Assembly: GCA_048940605.1 (NCBI GenBank)
Contig: JBHLOJ010000004.1
Coordinates: 4,509 to 68,508 of the forward strand
DNA from: Promethearchaeota archaeon
GTDB lineage: Archaea > Asgardarchaeota > Lokiarchaeia > Sigyniarchaeales > SOKP01
Direction: 5' to 3'
Length of the DNA stretch: 64,000 nucleotides
Under the pieces are notes generated by a model. The model made no database searches and had not been told where the DNA came from. It worked only from the letters and a program-made list of their open reading frames with translations. Both the position numbers and the translations under genes were made by a program. Of this stretch, positions 31,447 to 39,641 are shown one piece after another (positions within the stretch are counted from its first letter, which is position 1; every line of letters begins with the position of its first letter).

Positions 31447-31813
31447 AGGCTCAACAGTTCTTAAGTAAATGAAACTTTAGAGAAACTTTTATTTGATTTA
31501 AATCAAAATTCAATTCATTACATTGATTTATTCGAAATAATTATCAAAAATTTAAATATTTTGTTCAAAGATTAATAATCCCTTAATTTTAATGGTAATA
31601 ATAAAAATAATAATATTATTTATGTCAAAAGCCTACAGCATGACCGTCTTTTCACCAATCTGATGCAATATTAATAGCAAGATTAATAACCAAAAATTTT
31701 TTGACAATTTTTTTTGTGAGTTATAATAATAATATCTAAAAATCTCCTTTATTTTATTAAACTTAGATACTGATTAAAATTTAATTTTTAATAACACTTC
31801 TTTATCAATCGTA

Positions 31814-32722
31814 ATGGTAGTTAGTTATCCCCCTGAACATATTATTATTCGTCCTCCTGTAGAAGCATATTCTCTTTTAATTGCTGTTACAGGTGGATGT
31901 TCTTGGAATAAATGTAGATTTTGTGGAACTTACAAGGGAATGTATGGAACAATTCAAGAATATGCCATACGTCCTTTAGAAGACGTCAAAAAAGATATTG
32001 ATCAAGCAGCTAAATACAATTACCACGGATTTCCTGTATTTCTAGCAGGAGGAAATCCAACATCAGCTCCAACAGACTATTTAGTGGAAGTTATAAAATA
32101 TGTAAGGATAAAACTCAGGAATGTTCAGCGAATAAGTTGCTATGCAAAAGCATTAGATATCTTAAGAAAGACAGACGAAGAATTAATAGAACTGGCTGAA
32201 GCGGGATTAGACATTGTTTACATGGGATTAGAAAGTGGTTCAAATACTATATTACGATTAATGAAAAAAGGGACTAATGCTGAGTCTTTTATAAAAGCTG
32301 GAAAAAGACTATTAAACGCAGGGATTAAAATATCACTTTATGTTATACTTGGATTAGGAGGGCATAAATATTCTGAAGAACATGTAATTGAGACTGCGAG
32401 AGTACTAACTGAAATAAATCCGACGATTTTCAGGTTTCGAACCTTAAATATTTCCCCAAGTACTCCTCTTTGGGAAGATTTGAAATCGGGGGAATTCACT
32501 TTATTGAGTCCGGTTGAAAATTTGATAGAAGAAAGAGAAATAATTGCAAACTTAGGTGAAAACGTTACATCTGAAGTGTTCAATGACCATATAAGTAATT
32601 ATTGTCCAATTGAATCAGCAAATATTAAAGTTGATCGAGAAATGTTTCTTACAGCGTTGGATTCATATATTAATGATCCTAGAATTAAACAAATGCCAAG
32701 AAAAAATCTAACTCGAATGTAA
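31814..32722 (+). CDS. Radical SAM protein
   Basis: CSWNKCRFC (CxxxCxxC), IIRPP.EA.S, YMGLESG and FNDHISNY. Confidence 0.9.
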   Translation: MVVSYPPEHIIIRPPVEAYSLLIAVTGGCSWNKCRFCGTYKGMYGTIQEYAIRPLEDVKKDIDQAAKYNYHGFPVFLAGGNPTSAPTDYLVEVIKYVRIKLRNVQRISCYAKALDILRKTDEELIELAEAGLDIVYMGLESGSNTILRLMKKGTNAESFIKAGKRLLNAGIKISLYVILGLGGHKYSEEHVIETARVLTEINPTIFRFRTLNISPSTPLWEDLKSGEFTLLSPVENLIEEREIIANLGENVTSEVFNDHISNYCPIESANIKVDREMFLTALDSYINDPRIKQMPRKNLTRM

Positions 32723-33235
32723 TTAAGGTTTATTTGAAGATCTGAGTTTTTCATCCATCTTAACAAACGGTTTTTTATACTTTTTAATGATATCTACGAA
32801 AAAATTATTTAATTCTACAATCCGGTCATAACCTTTTTCATTTTCTAATAAAGTTCTATTTTCTTCTAATTCAAGTTTCATTTCTTCTAAATCTTGCTCC
32901 CATTTAATCATTCTATTAATAATGCTTTTACTAAATTTATATAAAATCAATCCAGCAGACTCCGCCGAATATATAATCTTCCCTTTTTTCGATATATCAG
33001 CTTTCTCGATTAGATCCATATCTATAAGTAAATTTACTTCTTCAGAAATCTTACCTGCTGACAATCCAGTTATATTTTGTAGAGTTTTTTGAGTTAAATA
33101 TTTTCTGGTCATGAATAAGGTAAAAAGTCTAATAAACACGGGATCCCGACCAAAAAACATTGGTAAAGCGGTTATTTGATTTATTATCTCATCTTCAATT
33201 AAATATACCTCTTTGTCAAAACTAACTTCACTCAT
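32723..33235 (-). CDS. GbsR/MarR-type wHTH transcriptional regulator
   Basis: LTQKTLQNITGLSAGKISEEVNLL wHTH followed by a coiled dimerisation helix. Confidence 0.8.
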   Translation of the reverse strand: MSEVSFDKEVYLIEDEIINQITALPMFFGRDPVFIRLFTLFMTRKYLTQKTLQNITGLSAGKISEEVNLLIDMDLIEKADISKKGKIIYSAESAGLILYKFSKSIINRMIKWEQDLEEMKLELEENRTLLENEKGYDRIVELNNFFVDIIKKYKKPFVKMDEKLRSSNKP

Positions 33236-33255
33236 TGATTTAGAATCTCTCTTAA

Positions 33256-33777
33256 TTAAGTTATAGGTTTATAAAATTCTGTTTTGTAAAAATCAAATAT
33301 GTCTAGAAGTTCATCAATTCTTTGAGAAAGATGTTCAGCTCCTTTTTTATTTTGCTCTATTAATCTTTTTAGATCTTTTTTCTTACTATTTAAATAAACA
33401 TCCATAGAACTAAGACTGCTAATCATGATATCTATTCCACTTGTTGTCATCTCTTCAAGAGTTCCAGAATATGAATATTTGAAGGTGTGAGTTTTGGGAA
33501 TTCGTTCTTTCTGAAATCTACCCATACCGATCATCACTGATAGAAAAGTTGAGATAGTACCCATTGAAAAGCCTGTTAATTCTTGTAATTCTTTTTGAGT
33601 TAAACCACCATGAACAAATAAATATGAGGAAATTTGAAGCATTTTTGGGTTAACTCTCTTCCTTTTTCCAATGTCTACGATAAAATCTACTATCTTATCC
33701 TCATAATTCCTTAATTTTTCGCTAAAAAGATGTTTTCGGTCTACTAAACCATCTTCAGTAGTACTATTTTTAGTCAT
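33256..33777 (-). CDS. GbsR/MarR-type wHTH transcriptional regulator (paralog of its neighbour)
   Basis: LTQKELQELTGFSMGTISTFL wHTH; shares LTQK.LQ..TG.S.G.IS with 32723..33235. Confidence 0.8.
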   Translation of the reverse strand: MTKNSTTEDGLVDRKHLFSEKLRNYEDKIVDFIVDIGKRKRVNPKMLQISSYLFVHGGLTQKELQELTGFSMGTISTFLSVMIGMGRFQKERIPKTHTFKYSYSGTLEEMTTSGIDIMISSLSSMDVYLNSKKKDLKRLIEQNKKGAEHLSQRIDELLDIFDFYKTEFYKPIT

Positions 33778-33821
33778 TTCTTTAATAATATATATTTTTT
33801 AAAAATTTAAATTTTCAGATT

Positions 33822-33893
33822 TTTCAAGTTTTGTGAAAGAACATTTAAATATGTTGTTTCATATAATGATTATGGTTTCATAGAATTTGAAAC
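33822..33893. promoter_or_regulatory. Two TTTCA-N7-TGAAA palindromic operators flanking a TATA-like box between divergent regulator and ABC genes
   Basis: TTTCAagttttgTGAAA at 33822-33838; TTTAAATA at 33844-33851; half-site GTTTCA at 33856-33861; GTTTCAtagaattTGAAAC at 33875-33893. Confidence 0.6.
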
Positions 33894-34012
33894 TTAAAAA
33901 AGAAGGATTTAAAAAGAAACTTTATAAATTAGGCATGCCTAATTTATAATGAATAAATATAAAAAATAATAAAAAAAAATGAACTTGCTAAAAAAGCGTT
34001 GGTGTTATAAAA

Positions 34013-34969
34013 CTGTCCAATGAATTAGTAATTGAGACAAAAAATTTAACAAAATATTATGGAAAAAGTAGAGGAATCGAGAATTTAACCTTAGAAATTT
34101 CTAAAGGAGAAATCTTTGGATTACTTGGACCTAATGGTGCTGGAAAAACTACAACTATTAGGGTATTATTAGATCTTATTCGAAAAACATCTGGGGAAGC
34201 GAAAATTTTTAATCTTGATGTTCATCTTGACTCAGTAGCAATCCGACAACGTTTAGCTTACTTACCAGGGGAGTTAGGGTTGTTTCAAGAAAAAACTGCT
34301 CGACGTAATATAGAATATCTTTTAGGACTATATCAAAATCATATTTCTGATCGTCGTGTAGAAGAACTTGCGGAGATTTTCGGTTTAGAACTTGATAGGA
34401 AAGTTAGGGAACTTAGTAAAGGTAATAAACAAAAAATTGGCATAATACTTGCACTTGCTCCTGAAGTAGAAATACTTATACTTGATGAACCGACATCTGG
34501 TTTAGATCCCCTTATTACAGCTGAATTCTACAATGTTCTCCATAAACAACAAGAAGAAACTGATTCTACAGTTTTATTAAGTTCTCATTTGTTAGGTGAA
34601 GTAGAAAAAGTTGCTCACCGTGTTGGGATTATTCGTGATGGAACAATAGTAGAAGTAGCAACGATCCAACAATTAAAACATATGGCAATGAAAGAGATTA
34701 AAGTTGAATTCGAATCTGCAACAGGGTTAAAAGAGTTTTCAAACAAACTTCCAAGTGAAAAAGTAGAAAAAGTCATTTTAAATGATACCCATGCATCATT
34801 TTTGGTATCCCGAAAAGGACTGTCTAAAATACTTAATTTACTTTCAGAAGCAGAAATTGTTGATACTGATATTACAAGTCCAGCATTAGAAGATATCTTT
34901 TTAAAATATTATCAAATATCTACATTGCAAAAACATGAATTTAAGAAAAAAAAGGAGGGCGAATCATAG
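34013..34969 (+). CDS. ABC-2 type transporter ATP-binding subunit; probable CTG start
   Basis: Walker A GPNGAGKTT lies upstream of the track start in the same frame, which is open from CTG 34013 (GGTG SD at 34001, in-frame TAA at 33989); LSKGNKQK, ILDEPTSGLD and SSH motifs. Confidence 0.9.
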   Translation: MSNELVIETKNLTKYYGKSRGIENLTLEISKGEIFGLLGPNGAGKTTTIRVLLDLIRKTSGEAKIFNLDVHLDSVAIRQRLAYLPGELGLFQEKTARRNIEYLLGLYQNHISDRRVEELAEIFGLELDRKVRELSKGNKQKIGIILALAPEVEILILDEPTSGLDPLITAEFYNVLHKQQEETDSTVLLSSHLLGEVEKVAHRVGIIRDGTIVEVATIQQLKHMAMKEIKVEFESATGLKEFSNKLPSEKVEKVILNDTHASFLVSRKGLSKILNLLSEAEIVDTDITSPALEDIFLKYYQISTLQKHEFKKKKEGES

Positions 34970-35791
34970 ATGAGACAATTTACTATCAGTGTAAAAGAAC
35001 ATTTTCTGGCAAAGAAGTACATACTCCTAATATTAGGTGGAATTATCGGATTACTGAGTTATTTCATAATATATATGGTTGAAGATATGAATCTCGATGC
35101 AGTTCAAGACATTATTGAAGCTTGGCCGCCAGAAATGGTAGAATTTTTTGGTGATACTGAAATATTTTCTAATCCTTATGGATTCTGGAGTTTAGAAATA
35201 TTAGCTTTTATGTGGTTGTACGCAGGCATTTACATTGTGTATATGGCTAGTGGTCTTTTATCTCAGGAAGTAGAAGAAAAGACTATTGATCTTACACTTT
35301 CAAAGCCTATTACTCGATATACCTTCTTAGGAAGTAAAATTACATTCCTTTATATATTCATAGCTGCTACGATGGGAATCTGCTTCCTTATAACTATGGG
35401 AGGGATGAGTTTTTCCTCGATATATAATGAGGAAGGATTGTACTTTGATAGATTATGGCTTACTTATATAATCGTCGTTCTTTTCTTAGGAGTTCTCGCA
35501 ATGTTTGCTAAATTGTTTTCAACTATTTTTCTTGCTACGAGAAAATCTATGGCATTAGGTGTTGTAGTTTTATTCTTAATGTTCTTTCTTGGTGAATTTT
35601 ATATTTACATGGATGAAGCAGTTCAAGGGATAAAATATATTTCAGTATTTTTCTATTTTAATCCTGCTGAATACTTAGTTCATTCAGATTTTCCTCTTTT
35701 TATTCGAGATCTTATTGTTTTAGGTTCTGTAAACGCTGGATTAATAATTGCAAGCCTTCTCATTTTCAAAAGGAAAGATATACCTATATAA
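34970..35791 (+). CDS. ABC-2 type transporter permease
   Basis: Six TM segments, E.EEKT.DL.LSKPITR motif, ends F.RKDI; abuts the ATPase gene. Confidence 0.9.
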   Translation: MRQFTISVKEHFLAKKYILLILGGIIGLLSYFIIYMVEDMNLDAVQDIIEAWPPEMVEFFGDTEIFSNPYGFWSLEILAFMWLYAGIYIVYMASGLLSQEVEEKTIDLTLSKPITRYTFLGSKITFLYIFIAATMGICFLITMGGMSFSSIYNEEGLYFDRLWLTYIIVVLFLGVLAMFAKLFSTIFLATRKSMALGVVVLFLMFFLGEFYIYMDEAVQGIKYISVFFYFNPAEYLVHSDFPLFIRDLIVLGSVNAGLIIASLLIFKRKDIPI

Positions 35792-35794
35792 AAC

Positions 35795-35813
35795 TTTTTT
35801 TCCTTTTTTTTTT
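35795..35813 (+). terminator. Archaeal oligo-U terminator
   Basis: T7-CC-T10 directly after the permease stop. Confidence 0.55.
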
Positions 35814-35947
35814 AAAAATCAAAACACACAAAATTTTATATACTAAATTTTCTTTAATAATAAAATTCATAATTTTTTACTTTTTAATTCGAAAATTCAA
35901 TAATTCTTCAATTAAATAGTAAAATCTCTAATAACCGGTGATTACTT

Positions 35948-37417
35948 ATGTCAGATTATTACAGAAAAAAAGTCCACTCAAAGGAGCTAATTGCGACATT
36001 TGATGACGTTTTAATACTACCTGGTTTTACCAATTTTTCTCCAAACCAGGTCGATTTATCTTCAAACTTAGGAAAATATAATTTTCATCTCCCTATAATG
36101 TCATCCGCAATGGACACAGTCACAGAAGAAAATATGGCAATTAGTATGGCTTTACATGGAGGACTTGGTGTTTTGCATCGTAATTGTTCTTATGAAAGGC
36201 AATTGGAAATGTGTAGAATTGTCAAGAGGGCTAGATCTTTTGTTATTGATGACGTAGCAACTATTAATCCGAATGCGAAGGTATCTAAAGCTAAATTCAT
36301 GATGGAAAATTATAACATAAGCGGTATTGTAGTTACTAATGAAGAAAAGAAGGTGTGTGGAATATTTACCAAAAGAGATATCCCGTTCTTCGAACAAGAT
36401 ATAAAGAATGGAGCGATCAAAGACTACATGACGAAAGATGTGATCTCTATTAAACCGGGGGCATCGAGAGAAGATGCGTTGAAAATCCTATATGAATCAC
36501 GTAAAGAAAAACTGCCTATTATTGATGAAAATGGATTTTTAAAAGGATTAATTACGAAAAAGGATTTAGCTCCAGAATTTCCTCTAGCTTCCAAAGATGA
36601 AGAAGGACACTTACTATGTGGGATGGCTTTATCCCCTAAATTTCCAGAATCCTCCCAAGCTAAAGATATTTTGAAAGAGATAGATAATTATGTGGACATT
36701 TTCTTTATTGATGTAGCTGATTTCTACAAGAAAGATGATATTGAGGGTACTACAAAATTAATGAAATTATTAGAATCTGATTTTGTACTAGGCAATATTG
36801 GCACTTATCAAGCCGCAGAATATTTAATGACTAAAGTCGATTTTGTTGAAGATAGATTTATTGGATTAAAGGTAGGAATGGGTTCAGGGTCAATATGTAC
36901 AACATCGCAACAAACAGGGGTAGGTGCTCCAACTCTTTTTGCGACAGCTCAAGTAGCTGATGCCATACAGGATTATAATCCAAAATTATCATTAATAGCT
37001 GATGGAGGCTTTAAAAATCCAGGTGATTTACCAAAAGCATTTGCAGCAGGTGCAGATTTAATTATGTCAGGGCATTTTTTTGCCGGTACTGAAGAATCTC
37101 CTGGCTTTATAGATACAATTGCAGGGAGGAAAGTAAAAGTGTATAGAGGTATGGGATCAAAAGAAGCAAGAACTTCTGGATACATCTCGGATAGATACGT
37201 TGAGGGATCAAAAATGTTAACAGAAGGCGTATCTAATTATGTACCTTACGTAGGTGATGTGTTGGGAGTATTAGCAACTTTAAAAGAAGGTTTAGCAAAT
37301 GGAATGATCTATGCAGGTGCAGAATCTATTAAAGAAATGAAGAAAGTACCCCTTGGTATCGTTTCTGTTGTAGGTCAACGAGAAACTGCCCCTCATGATC
37401 TTATTGGAAAATTTTAG
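35948..37417 (+). CDS. guaB: IMP dehydrogenase with CBS pair
   Basis: Motifs [33 protein letters not shown] (catalytic Cys), IADGG and YRGMGS. Confidence 0.93.
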   Translation: MSDYYRKKVHSKELIATFDDVLILPGFTNFSPNQVDLSSNLGKYNFHLPIMSSAMDTVTEENMAISMALHGGLGVLHRNCSYERQLEMCRIVKRARSFVIDDVATINPNAKVSKAKFMMENYNISGIVVTNEEKKVCGIFTKRDIPFFEQDIKNGAIKDYMTKDVISIKPGASREDALKILYESRKEKLPIIDENGFLKGLITKKDLAPEFPLASKDEEGHLLCGMALSPKFPESSQAKDILKEIDNYVDIFFIDVADFYKKDDIEGTTKLMKLLESDFVLGNIGTYQAAEYLMTKVDFVEDRFIGLKVGMGSGSICTTSQQTGVGAPTLFATAQVADAIQDYNPKLSLIADGGFKNPGDLPKAFAAGADLIMSGHFFAGTEESPGFIDTIAGRKVKVYRGMGSKEARTSGYISDRYVEGSKMLTEGVSNYVPYVGDVLGVLATLKEGLANGMIYAGAESIKEMKKVPLGIVSVVGQRETAPHDLIGKF

Positions 37418-37549
37418 TCTAATACTATTTCTCTTTATCTTTGAAAATACTCACTTATTAAATATCTATTAAATAATTTTTTACTACAATAAACTTTAGT
37501 TGAATTATATCATTGTATATAATCAATAAAGGAAGAATAAAGAATTATT

Positions 37550-39154
37550 ATGAAGAAAATCGAAAGAGCATTAGTAAGTGTATTTGACAAAAAGGATATT
37601 CTAGATTTTGTTAGAGTACTAGTGAATGAATTTGGAGTTGAAATATTGTCAACTGGAGGAACAGGAAAATTATTAGAAAAAAACGGTATTAAATATATCA
37701 AAATATCGGAATACACCAACTCCCCTGAAATGTTTGATGGGAGAGTAAAAACTTTACATCCTAAAATTGAAGGGGGTATACTATATCGTAGAACTATGGA
37801 GAAAGATGTAGAAGACGCTAGAAAATATAACATTCCTCCTATTGATATAATAATATGTAACCTTTATCAATTTAAAGAGGCTATATCTAAACCTAATATT
37901 ACCTTATATGAAGCTTTAGAAATGATTGATATTGGTGGACCAACAATGATTAGAGCTGCTGCTAAGAATTTTCCAGATGTCATAGTTGTTCCTCATGTAA
38001 GATATTATGATCGTGTTATAACAGAACTAAAAGAAAATAATGGTCAAGTTTCTGATAAGACAAGAGCAGAATTAGCTCAAGAAGTATTTACTATTATGGC
38101 GGATTATAATGCTACAATAGCCAATTTTCTTCAATCTTATTATAATCCAGATAAAATTTTTGGAAAGTATATAATTAAAGTGTATGAGAAGGTTCAAGAT
38201 TGTCGATACGGCGAGAATTGGGATCAATCAGCAGCCTATTATAGAGATCTTTCAGCAAAATTTGGACTTCATAGTTTTAAACAATTGGGAGGTAAAGAGA
38301 TTTCATTTAATAATTTTCTGGATATAGATTCATGTGTCCAAATGTTATTAGATTTTGATATAAAATCCTATGTTACAGCCATTCTCAAACATACTTCTCC
38401 TAACGGAATAGCTATTGACTCGAAAAGTCAATTAAATTCTGTCCAGATGGCTTTTAATTGTGATCCTATGTCTGCATTTGGAGGAATCTGGGGGTTAAAT
38501 AAGGAGTTAACTCCTAGTGTTGCAGATTTCATTATTAACAAGGAAAAAATCTTGACAGATGTTATATTAGCACCTTCCTTTGACCCTGAAGCTCTTGAAA
38601 TTTTGAAACAGAAAAAGAACACGAGGATCTTAGAAATAGCTGATTTTCTTGAAAAGAAGAAAGAAATCTACAAAAATTTAGAAATTCGGTCAACTCTAGG
38701 TGGTGTATTAATTCAAGAATATGATTGCAAACCTATAATTAAAGAATGGAATGTAGTAAGTAAAAGGAAAGTATCTAAAATTGAGAAGGAAGCATTAATT
38801 TTTGCATATAAAGTTTCAAAATGGGCTAAGTCAAATTCTGCATGTTTTGCTAAAGAACATGAGGATGGATTTTATACAATAGGAATTGGCGCTGGACAAC
38901 AAAGTAGGGTCCATGTTGTTAAGTTAGCTGCTCAAAAAGCAATTGAATTTGGTCATGAAGAAGAATTAAAGAATTCTGTTATGGGGACTGATTCTTTTAT
39001 GCCATTTCCTGATGCCTTAGAAGCTGCCGTGGATGTAGGAGCTAAAGCGATTATTCATCCTGGCGGTAGTATAAGGGATGACTTAATAATTAATCGTGCT
39101 GACGAATTAGGATGTGCATTAGTATTTTGTGGAAAAAGAGTATTTCGACATTAA
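37550..39154 (+). CDS. purH: Bifunctional AICAR formyltransferase / IMP cyclohydrolase
   Basis: Motifs RALVSV.DK, STGGT, GRVKTLHP, IDIGGPTMIRAAAKN, RYGEN, SAFGG, KSN, GAGQ.SR, PGGSIRD and R.FRH. Confidence 0.96.
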   Translation: MKKIERALVSVFDKKDILDFVRVLVNEFGVEILSTGGTGKLLEKNGIKYIKISEYTNSPEMFDGRVKTLHPKIEGGILYRRTMEKDVEDARKYNIPPIDIIICNLYQFKEAISKPNITLYEALEMIDIGGPTMIRAAAKNFPDVIVVPHVRYYDRVITELKENNGQVSDKTRAELAQEVFTIMADYNATIANFLQSYYNPDKIFGKYIIKVYEKVQDCRYGENWDQSAAYYRDLSAKFGLHSFKQLGGKEISFNNFLDIDSCVQMLLDFDIKSYVTAILKHTSPNGIAIDSKSQLNSVQMAFNCDPMSAFGGIWGLNKELTPSVADFIINKEKILTDVILAPSFDPEALEILKQKKNTRILEIADFLEKKKEIYKNLEIRSTLGGVLIQEYDCKPIIKEWNVVSKRKVSKIEKEALIFAYKVSKWAKSNSACFAKEHEDGFYTIGIGAGQQSRVHVVKLAAQKAIEFGHEEELKNSVMGTDSFMPFPDALEAAVDVGAKAIIHPGGSIRDDLIINRADELGCALVFCGKRVFRH

Positions 39155-39351
39155 AACTAACTCTAGATTAATGCCAATATCTCCTATATTTTTGATAGAT
39201 TTAGGGTTTTAACTAATTCTTTCTTGGAATAAGGAAGGTTTATAAAGATTGGATCATAAAGATCAAAAAGATAATTTTCACTTTTTAAATTAATAATTTA
39301 ATTGAGGAGAGTATAACTAAATAGTTTCTTTTAAGAGGGGCTCTTATAACA

Positions 39352-39639
39352 ATGGATTTTTTCGTAAATAACTTAAAAGACACGCTTAACGCTATAAATA
39401 AATTAATAGAAAATAATGTATACATAGTTAATACTAAAAGAATTAGAAAGTGTTCTAATATTAAATCATCAAATCGTTCCAAGATTAATTTCATTTGGAG
39501 GTCCTTAAAATTCCTTGAGAAAGAAGGAATATTAACCCTAAATGGTATTACAAATCCAAAAACATACAAAATCTTAGCAGATCAAAAAATAGATGTCAAC
39601 CAATTTCTTACGCAATTAGAAAAAGGTAAAAAAGACTAA
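39352..39639 (+). CDS. Small winged-helix-like hypothetical protein
   Basis: GAGGGG SD; FIWRSLKFLEKEGIL...PKTYKI resembles a wHTH. Confidence 0.6.
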   Translation: MDFFVNNLKDTLNAINKLIENNVYIVNTKRIRKCSNIKSSNRSKINFIWRSLKFLEKEGILTLNGITNPKTYKILADQKIDVNQFLTQLEKGKKD

Positions 39640-39641
39640 AT

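Noticed and set aside
31638-31666. GCATGA...CTGATGC as a SECIS or C/D-box RNA
   Set aside because: The 17-nt interior does not pair, box C is imperfect, and no adjacent gene has an in-frame TGA at a Cys-equivalent position. The minus strand looks more like a stop-riddled gene relic.
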